Shown here: positions 1-12,271 of the stretch, in pieces
Position numbering within the stretch: position 1 is the stretch's first letter
How the letters are laid out: the number at the start of each line of letters is the position of its first letter
Assembly: GCA_965285935.1 (NCBI GenBank)
Contig: OZ260661.1
Location: forward strand, 112,530,001-112,594,000
DNA from: Ophelia neglecta
Lineage: Eukaryota
Length of the DNA stretch: 64,000 nucleotides
Direction of reading: 5' to 3'
Translations under genes and position numbers: made by a program
The notes under the pieces: generated by a model
What the model was told of the DNA's origin: nothing
What the model saw: the letters and a program-made list of their open reading frames with translations, nothing else
Databases searched by the model: none

Positions 1-3000
1 TCTCGGACTGTTGGCGTCATGTTCATCATCAGAGGATAACCCAACAGCACTACATCTGATTGTTTAATTACATCATCTGCAGCAATGAAGTTTAATTAGG
101 ATAGAGGGTGGGCTTATATCTACCCTGCTTAGCAGTTAGACCTAGCTAAGGAATTATAAGACGGATTTGATTTATCAACTATAACTTATTAAAAGCGGAA
201 AAGTTCGCATGAAATGGTATAATACAGGCTCATTTCTGAGCAATATTAAGAAGTGGCCTACAATTCTGTTCACAATTTTACATAAACCCGAGAGTGAATG
301 CTTAAGGTTTGAAATAGCAGTAGCATCTTCTCACTTATTGCATCAAATCCATCAAACTGGGGGTGGAACTCGAGCTCCTCGTCAAATAATACCAGCATTG
401 GCCGGGCAAGGCGTTCTAATTCTTCAATTTCCGCTTCTTCCTCGGTTGTGAACTGACTAAAAAAATCATAATGCAAGACCATTAAGAGACAGAACATAAA
501 AAGTCTGATTGTTTTGAATAGTTTGAAGGTCAAACGTACATGTTCAGATCATTCTTGAGGTAGGCCGGCATCTCCATGCTGAGCTTTGCGTTGTAGTTGG
601 TAAATACCGAGTTGTTGACGTTGAAATGGTACTCATCTGGGCCCATCACGCCTGGAAAAACACACTTACTTTATTGAATTTAAGTTTTTAAGCAAATGAA
701 CAACAGCTAGATCAGTATCGACATGATTAATTATATGTATCGATTGTAACGATATAATCAACTCCTTACTTGGAGCTTAGATGTCACACATTTATTTATA
801 TGAAATACTACAGTCGGCACTAATTACATTGGTAATTGTTTTATATACCATTACCGTATATTTCTCTGATAATATCTCCATTCCTCAACCCGTCTACAGA
901 TCTACTTTTCCAAAATCTCGCAATCTCCATTACCATTTCTTTAGCCCCGTGTTTAATAAGGAAGTCTGTATTGCCGGTGGAATACAAGTATTGTCGTATG
1001 GCGTACGATACGTCGGCGTTAACATGAATTTGGAACTCGGAAGCCGGAGGCCACGGGCAGGTTTCATAGCCTATGTAGCACAGAAATCAGGATTTAACGT
1101 ATACTTGGGAGCGATGGGACATGATCATTAGAACTCATAATATACATATATACACGTTTCAGACAATTTTGAATTATAAACATTATTTTGGCAGAATGGA
1201 AGTATAAAATGTTTAGTTGTTTAGATGTCTTGATTGATTGTATTTTGATGCAATGTATTATGAGGGTAATTACTTCATTAGGAGTCCAATTACCGTAAAC
1301 CCTACGTTATTGTAGGTTATTGCCAAATAAATTATGTATTGTTATATTCGTATAATATTTTAATGTCGTTTTCTAATTACTTGACTGTTTGGTCTGTATA
1401 TATTTATTTTTTGGGTCAATACACAACATGAATTATTACAGTCTTAGTGATGCATTTCAATACCCGTCCAGCCCTGTTCCCATGGAAACCTAACTCCTTC
1501 ATAGCCTGTGTTGGTTGCCCTGTCTTTGACGGCACTGAACACTCTCAGTCTGGAGTCAAGGTAGTTGTCAACCTGAGAAAGATATAACTGATGTATCTAG
1601 TGTATATATATGTGTGTGTGTGTAAAAACGAGTGGTTAATTGCAAATATCAACTCAGATACAGAAGAGAACAAACCGGCCATTTCTTAAACGTGTCAATT
1701 TGTAAAGTACATCGTTTAGAGTACTTTTGTCACGTTATTTGGCGACATGAATATGAGCGCGTGCATATTTAAAGTATTGCATCAGGTTATAATCGTGACC
1801 AATATGAGGACAATTATTGTAATTCAAATATTTGGTGCACAACTACAAGGCCAAATCTTTCCTCTGTATACCTTTTCGGGATGAAGCATCAGAACGGGCG
1901 GCAGTATCCAAGTGTCCATGTCCCAGAACACGTGACCGGTATAGTCGTTATATGGACCTCCTGTTCTGTTTGGGTTGATCTTCCCTCCTCTGGCCAATCC
2001 ACCTAAAATATTGCCATGGCACAAGGAAATGAAACACAGCTTGTTCACGCCACATACATGATTCATCAAGGCTATGTAGAATGATTTTGTTTCATATATT
2101 GAGCGGACCATCTTTCATAGTTTTGCCTGTTTTAATTCCAAAATACCTGGACTGAGGCCAGCAAACGGGTTGACCGGGTCCGATGTGTCTGGGGTAGAAA
2201 TCATGATATGAAAGAAACACGCGTTGATGACTTGAGCCAGACTCACGTTACCCTTGATATCGATGCGTCCATTCTGCCATAGCGTATGCCATGCCTGAAA
2301 ATGATGCAAATAACATCATATATATATTATTGAATAGAACCAGAAGGACTTGTTCGCTTGGCTCACTTTTAACTCCTGGGGCCCCTATGCCCACACACCA
2401 CTTTACACCCACCCCAACCCATTGTATCTAACCCCCTTCCATGCCCCCCCCCCCCCCCATTTACTTCCACTACCTCAACACGGTGAGTATAACGGTTGCG
2501 CGTGCTCATATAGGTAACGTTAAAATAGTTTCGTATAAATTCTCTGGCAATTAGATATTTTGGAAAAACATAGGTAAGCCTACACATAAAATCAATAACA
2601 TTTCAGTAGGGTATGTGGCCACCTTCTATTGCTTATGTGTACATATTAATATTGAACTGGCCCAAATGGCTGAGAGAATAAAGCGTTCGGCCTATTGCAC
2701 GCGTATTAGTGTATATAAATGTATCTCCAATTTGCTAGGACGATGAGCTATAAGGGGAACTCCTGATAACAATAACAACATGCGCAAAAATTTCGGTTAA
2801 AAAAAGAAAATGCCTCTACCTCTACATGTGTCTGTAGAAGCTTCGTATGTGGGGTTTCGACGGCGTCGATGTATGCAGCCATAGCATCGCCCCGCACGGG
2901 ACTGATGGAAGTGGTGTATGTCCAAGTCATTTCACCTTCATTTGATCTCAAGGTCACAGAGTCTGGTATTTTAGTGTAGAATACATTTACCATCTGAGAA

Positions 3001-6000
3001 CCGCTGGTATTAGTTTCGGCCTCCTTAGTAAGGCCATACATGTGACTAAAATATAAAAATTCATGTATTTATCCCAATCAAGACATATTTTCTATTGCTC
3101 GGAAAAGCTTAGGCGATTCTCTAACACAATCCTACTTGTACATAAATCTAGAAGATCTCTTTTCAGAAATTAAATGAACAATGTTTGTTGAAGCCAATTG
3201 GTATGTAGGCCTATCAGATATAAGGATACGTGGAGATACGACCAACCGATCGAGGCATACTTTTATTTGACCACTGGCCCTTACAATCTCAGTGACCAGC
3301 TTTCCATTGCAATTAAACTCACATGCAATTTTTTCGTCAACATTTGGGTCTAGATATCCGGAATGTTTTTTTTCTACACCTGTATTCAATTCTATTTGTT
3401 TTTTCATTAATGGGGGGGGGGGGGGGGGGTAATTTTTTAAAATACGATAATATGAGACAAGAGTTAGTAGGTACCCCTAGCCGAAATTTTGCCATTTGAT
3501 TGGGACCTTGTGACTTCTTCACTCATAAAAGGAAGCCACATATACAGTTATATATGGGGTACAATGCCTGCCAATATTCTATTGTGATATTCAACATTGC
3601 ATTATGCAACATGATAATCCCATTATGTATTATGAATGTGTCATTATGCAACATGATAATCCTATTATGTATTATGAATGTGTCATTATGCAACATGATA
3701 ATCCTATTATGTATTATGAATGTGTCATTATGCAACATGATAATCCTATTATGCATTATGAATATGTCATTATGCAACATTTATTCTGCATTCAACATGT
3801 TCATTATGGCAATTCCATTTTGTTACGTGCTCCGTGTTTTACGGCACTGCTGACACTCCATTGCGCTATTCACAAGTGTATTTTCATTATCTACTTTACA
3901 TTTCGTTATTTGTATTTTGAACGGTGCATCATGCAAGATGCCATTCTCGGTGTGCCATTATGTTAGTTCTACTTCGTATTATGAAAAGTCTCATTATGAT
4001 GCACGAGGGCGCCACCAACGAAGCCGCACGTGATATGTTTTTAACTTCATACTTGCCATTATTTCATGCAAATTTACCAGTCTTTATTTAGGCCACCTAT
4101 AATTAATAAAGTGATTCTCAGGCATTTTATTTCAAGAAAATAGGGCAGGAAGGTTGTTTTTATTGCCCTGAGACAGGTGATTCTCAAGCACCTTTCTAGA
4201 CAAGAGTGAGGGGGGTGTTTTTTCAACTTGATTCAAAAGGTGGGCCTAAGGACTATTCCATTTAGACCTGGGTGGTGTTGGGGGGCTATCAAAATTTAGA
4301 GGATTAAGGGAAGTCAGGGAAAATTAAGAATTAGAGAGGAGGGAGATGGGAACAAATGCTGAATTAAAGGTAGCAGGACCTCAGAAAAAGACCGGCATTC
4401 TTTGCAGAATGTAAGTGGGTGGAATTTATTTCTTCATACAGCCCACAAATCTAATGCTAGTCTAACTCCACCCGCTTGAATAAATTTTTAAGGGTATTAA
4501 CCAGTTATTAAAAATAACTGGGTGGAACGAAAAGACTAAGTCTGATCTGGAAACCAGGGGACTTTTTTTTCATACGCCAACCATGAGAGGAGATTTTGCT
4601 GATGTAAAAGCTACAAGTGTCAATTGGCACTTACAAGGTTCTAGGCCTACACATCCAATGGGATGGGGGAGTTTGTTACAACAATCGTCTCAAGGGGCGG
4701 GGATCTCCCAAAAATTATCCCCAACCAAAAACTACATCCCCTGTAGAGTCCCTATAGAGCCCCGGGGATAGGGACAAGAAATGACTAGTGCATTAGTGGG
4801 GCTGTGACACCAACCCCATCCCCCCCAACACCCCCATTCGAGTGTGTCATAATCATATTCCTGACCCCCTTCCTCCCTCCAAACCCCATCCCTCCCCCCA
4901 CCCAATGTACGGCTCCACCCCACTCCAGCTCATAGTATTAAAATGACCACCTGCTTAGTGATCTGTTAGATCTACTTATTTTTGTTCTGGATCTGGAGTT
5001 GGATCTGATCACAAAACCACTACGAGAATCACTGTTAAGATTATGTCAGACTAATAATTCAATAAGAAGTCAGTAAAGCTATTTATTTCACTTGAAAGAA
5101 CAAAAGTACCTTGACGTGAGCATATATCTATATAGGTACCGATATAACACTTGGTTCCAATCCAATGATGTAAAACACACCATAAAGTAAACAATGGCAG
5201 ATGTGGCCTTGCCCTTGTCCACAATCATGTGACACTGTGCCGCACCTGACTTACCTAAATACAAAGTCAGATCGATTTTTTCCACAAAGGCCCACAGCCA
5301 CCAAATTTTCACAAGCTGTTCATTAGGACTTGTATTTACATTTAATATCAAAAGCTAAAGTACCCCGCCATAAATTTTTAATCTAGAAAATAGTAGTATT
5401 AGTGAACTAAAATACTGGTCCCTGTGGACGTCATCTTTGTGCTTTCGGCGCCACTTTCTCCCACAAGTATTTCTTATCACGTGCGGCTTCGTTGGTGGCG
5501 CCCTCGTGCATCATAATGAGACTTTTCATAATACGAAGTAGAACTAACATAATGGCACACCGAGAATGGCATCTTGCATGATGCACCGTTCAAAATACAA
5601 ATAACAAAATGTAAATTAGATAATGAAAATATACTTGTGAATAGCGCAATGGAGTGTCAGCAGTGCCGTAAAACACGGAGCACGTAACAAAATGGAATTG
5701 CCATAATGAACATGTAAAATGCAGAATAAATGTTGCATAATGACATATTCATAATGCATAATAGGATTATCATGTTGCATAATGACACATTCATAATACA
5801 TAATAGGATCATCATGTTGCATAATGACACATTCATAATACATAATAGGATTATCATGTTGCATAATGCAATGTTGAATATCACAATAGAATATTGGCAG
5901 GCATTGTACCCCATAGTAATAGAAGTATAGTTTTCCAAATGCAATGTTTTAACCTAATGTTTATAGCCTGCATGTGGAAGTTGATTTTCCAGTTTGTAGC

Positions 6001-8654
6001 TGATTCTCAAATTTACTGAATAACCATTCATTTCCGTAGAGATGTATAGTGTGCTGTAAAATTCACACTTTCCATACAAGATTCACAACACGTGTTCTAG
6101 ATATGATGTTTTCATTGACCATCGCAATTACACCGTTACCGAAATTGTCGAAAGAGGATAACAAGTATGCCAACGAGCTCAATATAGAAAAAAAAACATT
6201 GCTAATGTATTAACGTCGTTAAATTTTGTTAAGATGTCTCCTTCAATAACTTACAACGAATCCTTGCTGTGCGGTAGAGTGGTGAATGTAATATCTTGAC
6301 TCTCCGGTCCTTGATTCGACCACAGATTAACTCTTATGTCTGCATTATTATTTTTCCTTGTCACGGTGAATTCATTGATTATAAGTCTTGTCTTGACTCG
6401 ATGTGCGTAGATACGCTGCTGTATAGAACAGTCTAGATGGTCGATGTCCTTATAAAACACTCCTGCAAAATATAGAAATTTGTTGATCGAGAAATGGTCT
6501 TTAGATAAAGATATAATTATATCGATTGCTTTAGAAATAATAAAAATAATAATGATAATATTTATTTATTCATATAGCGTGCTTACACAGAACTATTCAT
6601 CTCGAAGGCCTTGTACATAAAACAATATTCTAAAAAGGCTTCTAAGAAATAAGTTACGACTATAGATATACATGTATTAGGACTAGATATGTGACGAAGA
6701 AAAAGACAAAGAAGAACAAAAAACGTCATGACCAGAGATGTAAACTACAAATTTAACACATGATAGAGTTAACACAAGCAATAAAACCTGGAAAACATTC
6801 AAACTAAATTGCTTAGTTGTTTTAAGCTTCCTTATACTAATGAGTTTTTAACCCCCCTTTAAAACAATCTAATATTTTTGCTTGTCGCAGTAGGTGGGGC
6901 AGCAGATTCCAAACCCTGGGTCCAGCAAATGAAAACGACATTTCTCCGTACTACTTAGTGTGTACCATAGGAACCAGGGGCAGACAGCAGTTTGCGGATC
7001 TTAACTGTCTGTTGGGCACATATGGAGGCAGCAGCTTTGATACAATAGGGTGGCGCACAATTGTTTAGAGCCTTTAACAAAGGCGTAGGAAGGAAAATCA
7101 AAGTGAGGGGGCCAATAAAAAGTGGAGGGGGGGGGGCAAACATATGATGGCCCCTACGTGTTTAAGTGAGGGAGGGCATGCCCCCCCCCCCCGCCCCCTG
7201 CTTCCTACGCTACTGTACATTGATCTTTACATGCCAAAAAACATTGAATATTTTTTCAATTATTGGCTGTGTAATGGGTTTGTTAATAACCTGCCCACAG
7301 GTAACTATATGATTAATGCCAAGCCAACTGAGGACATATGCTTCTGACCACTGCTGCATGTGCACCATTTTGAGAGGGCAAAAAGTGAGAGGGTCATCAT
7401 TAAAAAGTGGGGGGGGGGGGAAGGGGGGAGGAGGCAAAACATATGTTGCTCCCCCCCCCCACTTTTTAAGTGGGGGCCCCATGCCCCCCCCCCCCGCCTC
7501 CCCCGCTTCCTACGCCACTGTTAAACACAGTCGTAGCAACTTAAAAAATGATACGCTGCTTGATTGGCAACCAACATAGCTCTTTTAGAATCGGTTTCAT
7601 GTGATTTTAATATGAACATCTAGTCACTATCATTGCATTCTACAATCGCTCAAGCTGTGTCAGGTGTTTGCCTAAAGAGTTAAGTTAGAACCAAGGTATG
7701 CATCGAGGCTCTGGGTTGATATCTGTGCAGAACCTCTACTTAACTAATTCTGACGACGCTGTCAGTTGGAGCATATTTGGTAAAACGTGACGATAAAGCA
7801 TGTAATCAGTCTTATGTTCATTCAGCTTAAGGAATTTCTGGCTCATCCACCATTGAGCGTTATCAGCGTACATATTGAAATTTGAGCTGTGACTGCGAAT
7901 AATGTCTGCCAGGTGTAAGGAGTAAATAGAGAAAAGCAGTGGGGCCAATGCTGAGCCCTGGGGCACACCACAAACCAGGTCTGACGAAATCAATGTGATG
8001 CACTACCCGTTTAATTTCTAGACGTATTATCGTTTTATTTGAATGCATTATAATTGGCCACATGAGGTAAAATATTAGGCTACCACATGAGGTGCATTTT
8101 AGTAGTTAGAAAATGTGACGGAACATAATGATACAGGGGCCAATAATAGTACATTTACTTTGATTGTGTTAATTTACTTTGGCATGTTATTTACATGCCC
8201 GACATTGCGTATAACTTAACAACCTACTAAGCCTAAGTGTCCAATAAACTTATTTGGCATGGTGACATGTTTGCGTTTTGGGTACAAGTATTCAACCATT
8301 CTTATGCAACACATTTTTGCAACCGAAACATTAATAATCAGTAATTATTCATAACAGTACAGTTGCAGTGAACGTTCCCTCAAATTTCACACGTTCATGT
8401 AGTTAATATGCTTGACACTTGCTCCTTAACATAAGAAGAGATTGTACCAACCCTGATACATGTCGAGCTTGAAGCTTGTTTCTTCACTACCGTCGATGGT
8501 GATGTTGAAGGCGGCAGTCGATGGTATTCTAGCACGGTGGCTGTTGTCATAGTGACCATTCATCAAACCATTCATGTAAACGGTGTCACTGAACACCTGA
8601 GTGGCCACATGACCATTACCCACCGCGGGAACCAATCGCAGGTCTTCCGGCAGT
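1..8654 (-). CDS. PGGHG: GH65 glycosidase, protein-glucosylgalactosylhydroxylysine glucosidase / acid trehalase-like (multi-exon; first exon not located; 3' end beyond the window)
   Basis: Phase-compatible GT-AG exons: 8654-8452, 6462-6255, 3045-2820, 2294-2147, 2002-1872, 1572-1464, 1070-855, 651-540, 456-335, 76-1. Translation gives the GH65/ATHL1 motifs VGNGHVAT..SDTVYMNG, YTGHVFWDMDTW, GVRFPWEQG, QIHVNADV, GVMGPDEYH (catalytic Glu motif) and KQSDVVLLGYP. Confidence 0.9.
3553..5915. mobile_element. Foldback-like long inverted repeat (arms 3553-4035 and 5475-5915, spacer about 1.44 kb) in a PGGHG intron
   Basis: The arms are near-identical reverse complements from TATGGGGTACAATGCC to GCCGCACGTGATA. 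The left arm is 42 bp longer because it has one extra minisatellite unit. No transposase is visible in the spacer. Confidence 0.75.
3600..3780 (+). repeat. 42-bp minisatellite (about 4 copies; about 3 inverted copies at 5730-5870)
   Basis: Unit CATTATGCAACATGATAATCCTATTATGTATTATGAATGTGT. It explains the 14-aa periodic ORFs in the track. Confidence 0.92.
6545..8000 (-). mobile_element. Degenerate 5'-truncated L2/CR1-group LINE (RT fragment, ORF2 C-terminus, 3' tail)
   Basis: ORF 7736-7993 has GVPQGS..PLLFSIY, YADN (decayed YADD) and FLKLNEHKT. Downstream comes WLPIKQRIIFKL..KALNNCAPPY. A minus-strand L2-like tail TGTACAAGGCCTTCGAG..CACGCTATATGAATAAATAAAT lies at about 6560-6616. Confidence 0.8.
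7078..7520. mobile_element. Non-autonomous TIR element (MITE) with poly-G/poly-C tracts inserted into the L2
   Basis: Imperfect 15-bp TIR CAAAGGCGTAGGAAG / CTTCCTACGCCACTG flanked by TTAA at 7074-7077 and 7521-7524. Removing the element restores the L2 frame (LCLKAL). Confidence 0.7.
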
Positions 8655-9026
8655 CTGAAATCAATATGTGTGCAATTAAACGCCGTATTTTTCAAAAATG
8701 CCAGCATATATCGCCATCACTGTGCAGCCATTTTGTGAATGCCCTAGTCAGCGTGTGACGCAGGTCGTCCTGTACGTATGAGGCTGACACCATATAATAG
8801 CCGAACACGAAGGCAATGCGCAGGGGAAGTTTTGGGTAGCTACTCATCAAAACATGCACGACAACGACATTTTTCCTCACTAGTTTGTACTTGAGCTTAT
8901 TAAACTACTTAGGAATCATACGGGACAGTCCTGGTGTTCGATTTTCTATCGGCGATTTTTATAGCTGTCACAATGCCTGTTATAGGCAACAAAGTCACTT
9001 CCCTGGACTTCAAACCTTTTTGATGC

Positions 9027-9400
9027 CCCGGGGGGGGGGGGGTACTCCCATTATCCGGCATACTGGTTATGTGCGGCCGAGAAGGGTCGTTTTTCCTCAA
9101 AACTTCCCTAAACCAAGGGTACCTTTTTGTTGATTTCTTCCCTAATAAAGGGTATGGTTTCTAGAAAAAAATTCATCCTGTCGGGCATGATTCTGAATTG
9201 CCTAGGGCAGTGAATAACCTGTATTCCATTCCACGAGGTTACATGTATGTCATAACAAAGTGCCAAGTTTGAAGTCAAAATGTCCCTAAATCAAGGGTAG
9301 GTTTGAAGTCATAATGTCCCTAATTCAAGGGTAGGGTTTGCCAGGTACCAGCCGCACACCCCCACCCAAAAATAATGGGAGTACCCCCCCCCCCCCCGGG
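9027..9400. mobile_element. MITE with CCCG(G)nTACTCCCATTAT terminal inverted repeats and an 8-bp TSD
   Basis: TIR CCCGGGG..GTACTCCCATTAT / ATAATGGGAGTACCC..CGGG. TSD TTTGATGC at 9019-9026 and 9401-9408. Internal tandem copies of GTTTGAAGTCA..TGTCCCTAA..CAAGGGTAG. Confidence 0.85.
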
Positions 9401-11957
9401 TTTGATGCCTACTCTTCTCCCTGCCTGCTTAAAAATTATAGACCTATCCATTTCTTAAACAACTTTATTTGGAGCTATTTGGTAAGGATGACTATCTATA
9501 TTTGGCCCGGACACATTCTGGTGAACTCGGTTCGTCTCAAGTCGGAATAACCATGAAAAATGACTTGAGCAGTTGCCGAATCGCGGCCAACCATTTAAAT
9601 TCTATTTGAAAAAAATTTTCAGCGTATCTTTTGTTCATTTTTCGTTCTTTCTTATAGAACAACATATCCTATAATTTGGACAACATTTTGACAACAACTA
9701 GGTGTGTGTGAAGACCGATATTTCATTGTTTGGCCCAAATTTTGCCCATTGTAATTGGGCATCATAGGCTTATCACATACGATAAGATTGTTGCAGAGGT
9801 TATGAAAAATTTCCAAAACACTAATACATGTAGTTATAGTAGGAACTCATATCTTACTACTCTCTCAAAAACATCTGAGTATCAGTATATGGGGTACAAT
9901 TGATGCATTTATGATGATTTATTAGGACAGATAAAACGCAGGTTGTTTACCTATCGGGTCACTCTTTTCTCAGGTTATAGAATATCCTCAATTTATGGCG
10001 AAGTGATGAGTAGCTTTGATTTACTGGAGCAGTAGGATGTACTTTGTTTATTGTTAGTTGTTGGCATTTATTTCCTCAAAAAATCCGTTTCTTTCCCGAA
10101 AACTGACAAGTAAAATTAGGCAGAATGGGACTTCTATCTCATTTATTTCATCTCGACAACACTTGGTATTAGTTATGAACAATAAAGTCAGGTGATCCAC
10201 TGTTTTTCTTCAAGTAATGCAATTATGGCATCATATAATTGCCTAATTTCAATTACGATCTCAATTTGACTGTTGAAAATCGTAATAAAAATCTTTTTCT
10301 AAAATAGAGAGGCTAAAATGTCTAACTTTGAGTCATGCCCCTGACAATAACTTTGTCGTTAAGGACTCATTTCAAAATATTCAAAGAAAGTGTTGTCTTC
10401 TAAACAAATCAAATCTGATATCACCTGTTTTTGATCTGAAATTTATAATTGACCAAATTTCAAGTAGTTGTCAAAGTCGAGCTGACAACGTTTGAGACGT
10501 AATGGCAAGTTTGAACGGTGTAAAAGTATGTAATATAATCCGCAAATATCATGTTATTTTAACATTTTATTCCCAAACTTGTAGTTTTAAGTTGACCAAA
10601 GTTTAAGTTGTGTCCTATCAATAGAAGTTTGGGCATCGATCAATTACGATAAAACATGACTGTACACAGAACGATTATAGATAATACAAGAGTTTATATT
10701 TCAAATGGAGCTTGGAATGGTTTGAATGTTCATAATATCTTAATTTAGTTGTATTGAAATCGAAACTCACATATTAGAACTCAGCAGATATCTTTCGTCA
10801 TTTATAGCAATTGTAGGGGCGAGAATTCCGAGAAGCAAGAAACCAATTTGCAGAAACATTTTTAACGTTTTCTTTACACCACTTAGATGTTGAAACGAAT
10901 GGCGATGTCGAGTTGACTGTCAAATTCACTTGTTTATCATGGATGATTGTGTATCAAGCTGTATGCCCAGCAACAAGACAGATATATGATCAAGCGTGGG
11001 ACAAAGTCCAATGATTATTGCTAACGTTGGGCTCTAATTACTGGCAGCTTATCTTCCTTGAATCCAATGATGATTTTAAGGAGAGAAAAAAGGTTGTTCG
11101 ACTAATAACACAATTCAGATAAAGTTGTTCAGGCTTTTCGATAAGTGTAATGGAAGTTTTTGATTTAAAAAAAATGAAGGACACACGTACATAAACATCT
11201 AGTTTGTCGAGCAGCCTAGAAACGATGGTTCAGATTAGTTTTTTTCGTGAATTATTGTTTATATTTCCCAGTAAGTGTTCTTATTTTACCTGGCGTTGAT
11301 ATAACATGTATACCAATCTGTTGCATGCTGATTTAAAGTTGGAACCCAAACATATTATTTATCTAAGAGGGATTTTATTCGGCAAACAAAGCAAAAATCG
11401 TCCGAAAAGAAGTCAATTAAATTATTTTGAGATTTCCACGCATACAAAACAAATGCACAGTAGAGAGACATATATATAAAATTTCCTCTTAGACGACAAT
11501 GGAATTATTCATTACTGGTAGTCACGTGCTATGAAGTCTACGGTGCCTTGTCCTTCATATCTATTCCTAGCTTAGAAGAAAAACTAACTCGTTTATTTAT
11601 TGGTCTGATTCACATTATTAAAATACGATTACTATCGTACTAGTGTTGATCTTTGATAGTGATTTTATTCTTCTTTGTTTTCAATCCTAAACAGTTAGAT
11701 CTACAATTGATGTGTATGCGTCTGCAGCTGATGGATACGTATGAATTCGGACCGATTCATACCGAATAGTTCCTGGTTACTGATTTAGAATTATGTGTCA
11801 GGTATTCACTTCCATGTTTTTGGTATTAAAGAATATAAATCGACATATTCGATTAGAGTTTGCATGATGCCTCTAAGATGCATTTACAAAAATCTCTATT
11901 CACTTTGAAAATATATACATTATATAGAACGATTCTTCAATTGTTGGTGCTCAAAAG

Positions 11958-12271
11958 GTTGTTGTTTGGGGTTTTACGTGACTTTCAACACTTATCGGTC
12001 CTATCGCCACTGTGCCTACTTGTGACAGTGGGCTCAATGCCCTCTTTAGAGTGCTGCCTCACTAGAGTACCTGCCGTAGACACCAGACAGGGAACCCCAC
12101 CCAGTCACATTATACTGACACCGGGTTGACCAGTCCTGACACTACCCCCGAAATACCGGGCGCCTGGCAGGGGAGCTATCAGTACCTATTTTTACGTCTT
12201 AGCCTTGACGGGATCGAGAAGCGAACCCCGATCTCCCACTTGCGAGGCGGACACCCTAACCACTCGGCCAC
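11958..12271 (-). mobile_element. tRNA-derived SINE with a 10-bp TSD
   Basis: Minus-strand A box TGGCCGAGTGG and B-box-like GGTTCGCTTC, central GTCAGTATAATGTGACTGGGTGGGG, tail TGTTGAAAGTCACGTAAAACCCCAAACAACAAC. TSD TGCTCAAAAG at 11948-11957 and 12272-12281. Confidence 0.88.

Noticed and set aside
3500-5944. Periodic ORFs (MQHDNPIMYYECVI; NVSLCNMIILLCIM) and a CRISPR-like look
   Set aside because: These are translations of a stop-free 42-bp minisatellite in an intron. The units are contiguous with no unique spacers, there are no cas genes, and the context is eukaryotic.
8692-8880. Hydrophobic ORF as the first PGGHG exon
   Set aside because: I found no phase-2 donor that joins it to the 8654 acceptor, so the first exon is left unassigned.
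9540-11450. Possible large DNA transposon upstream of PGGHG
   Set aside because: Only a 9-bp inverted match (TTGCCGAAT/ATTCGGCAA), with no TSD or ORF; insufficient evidence.
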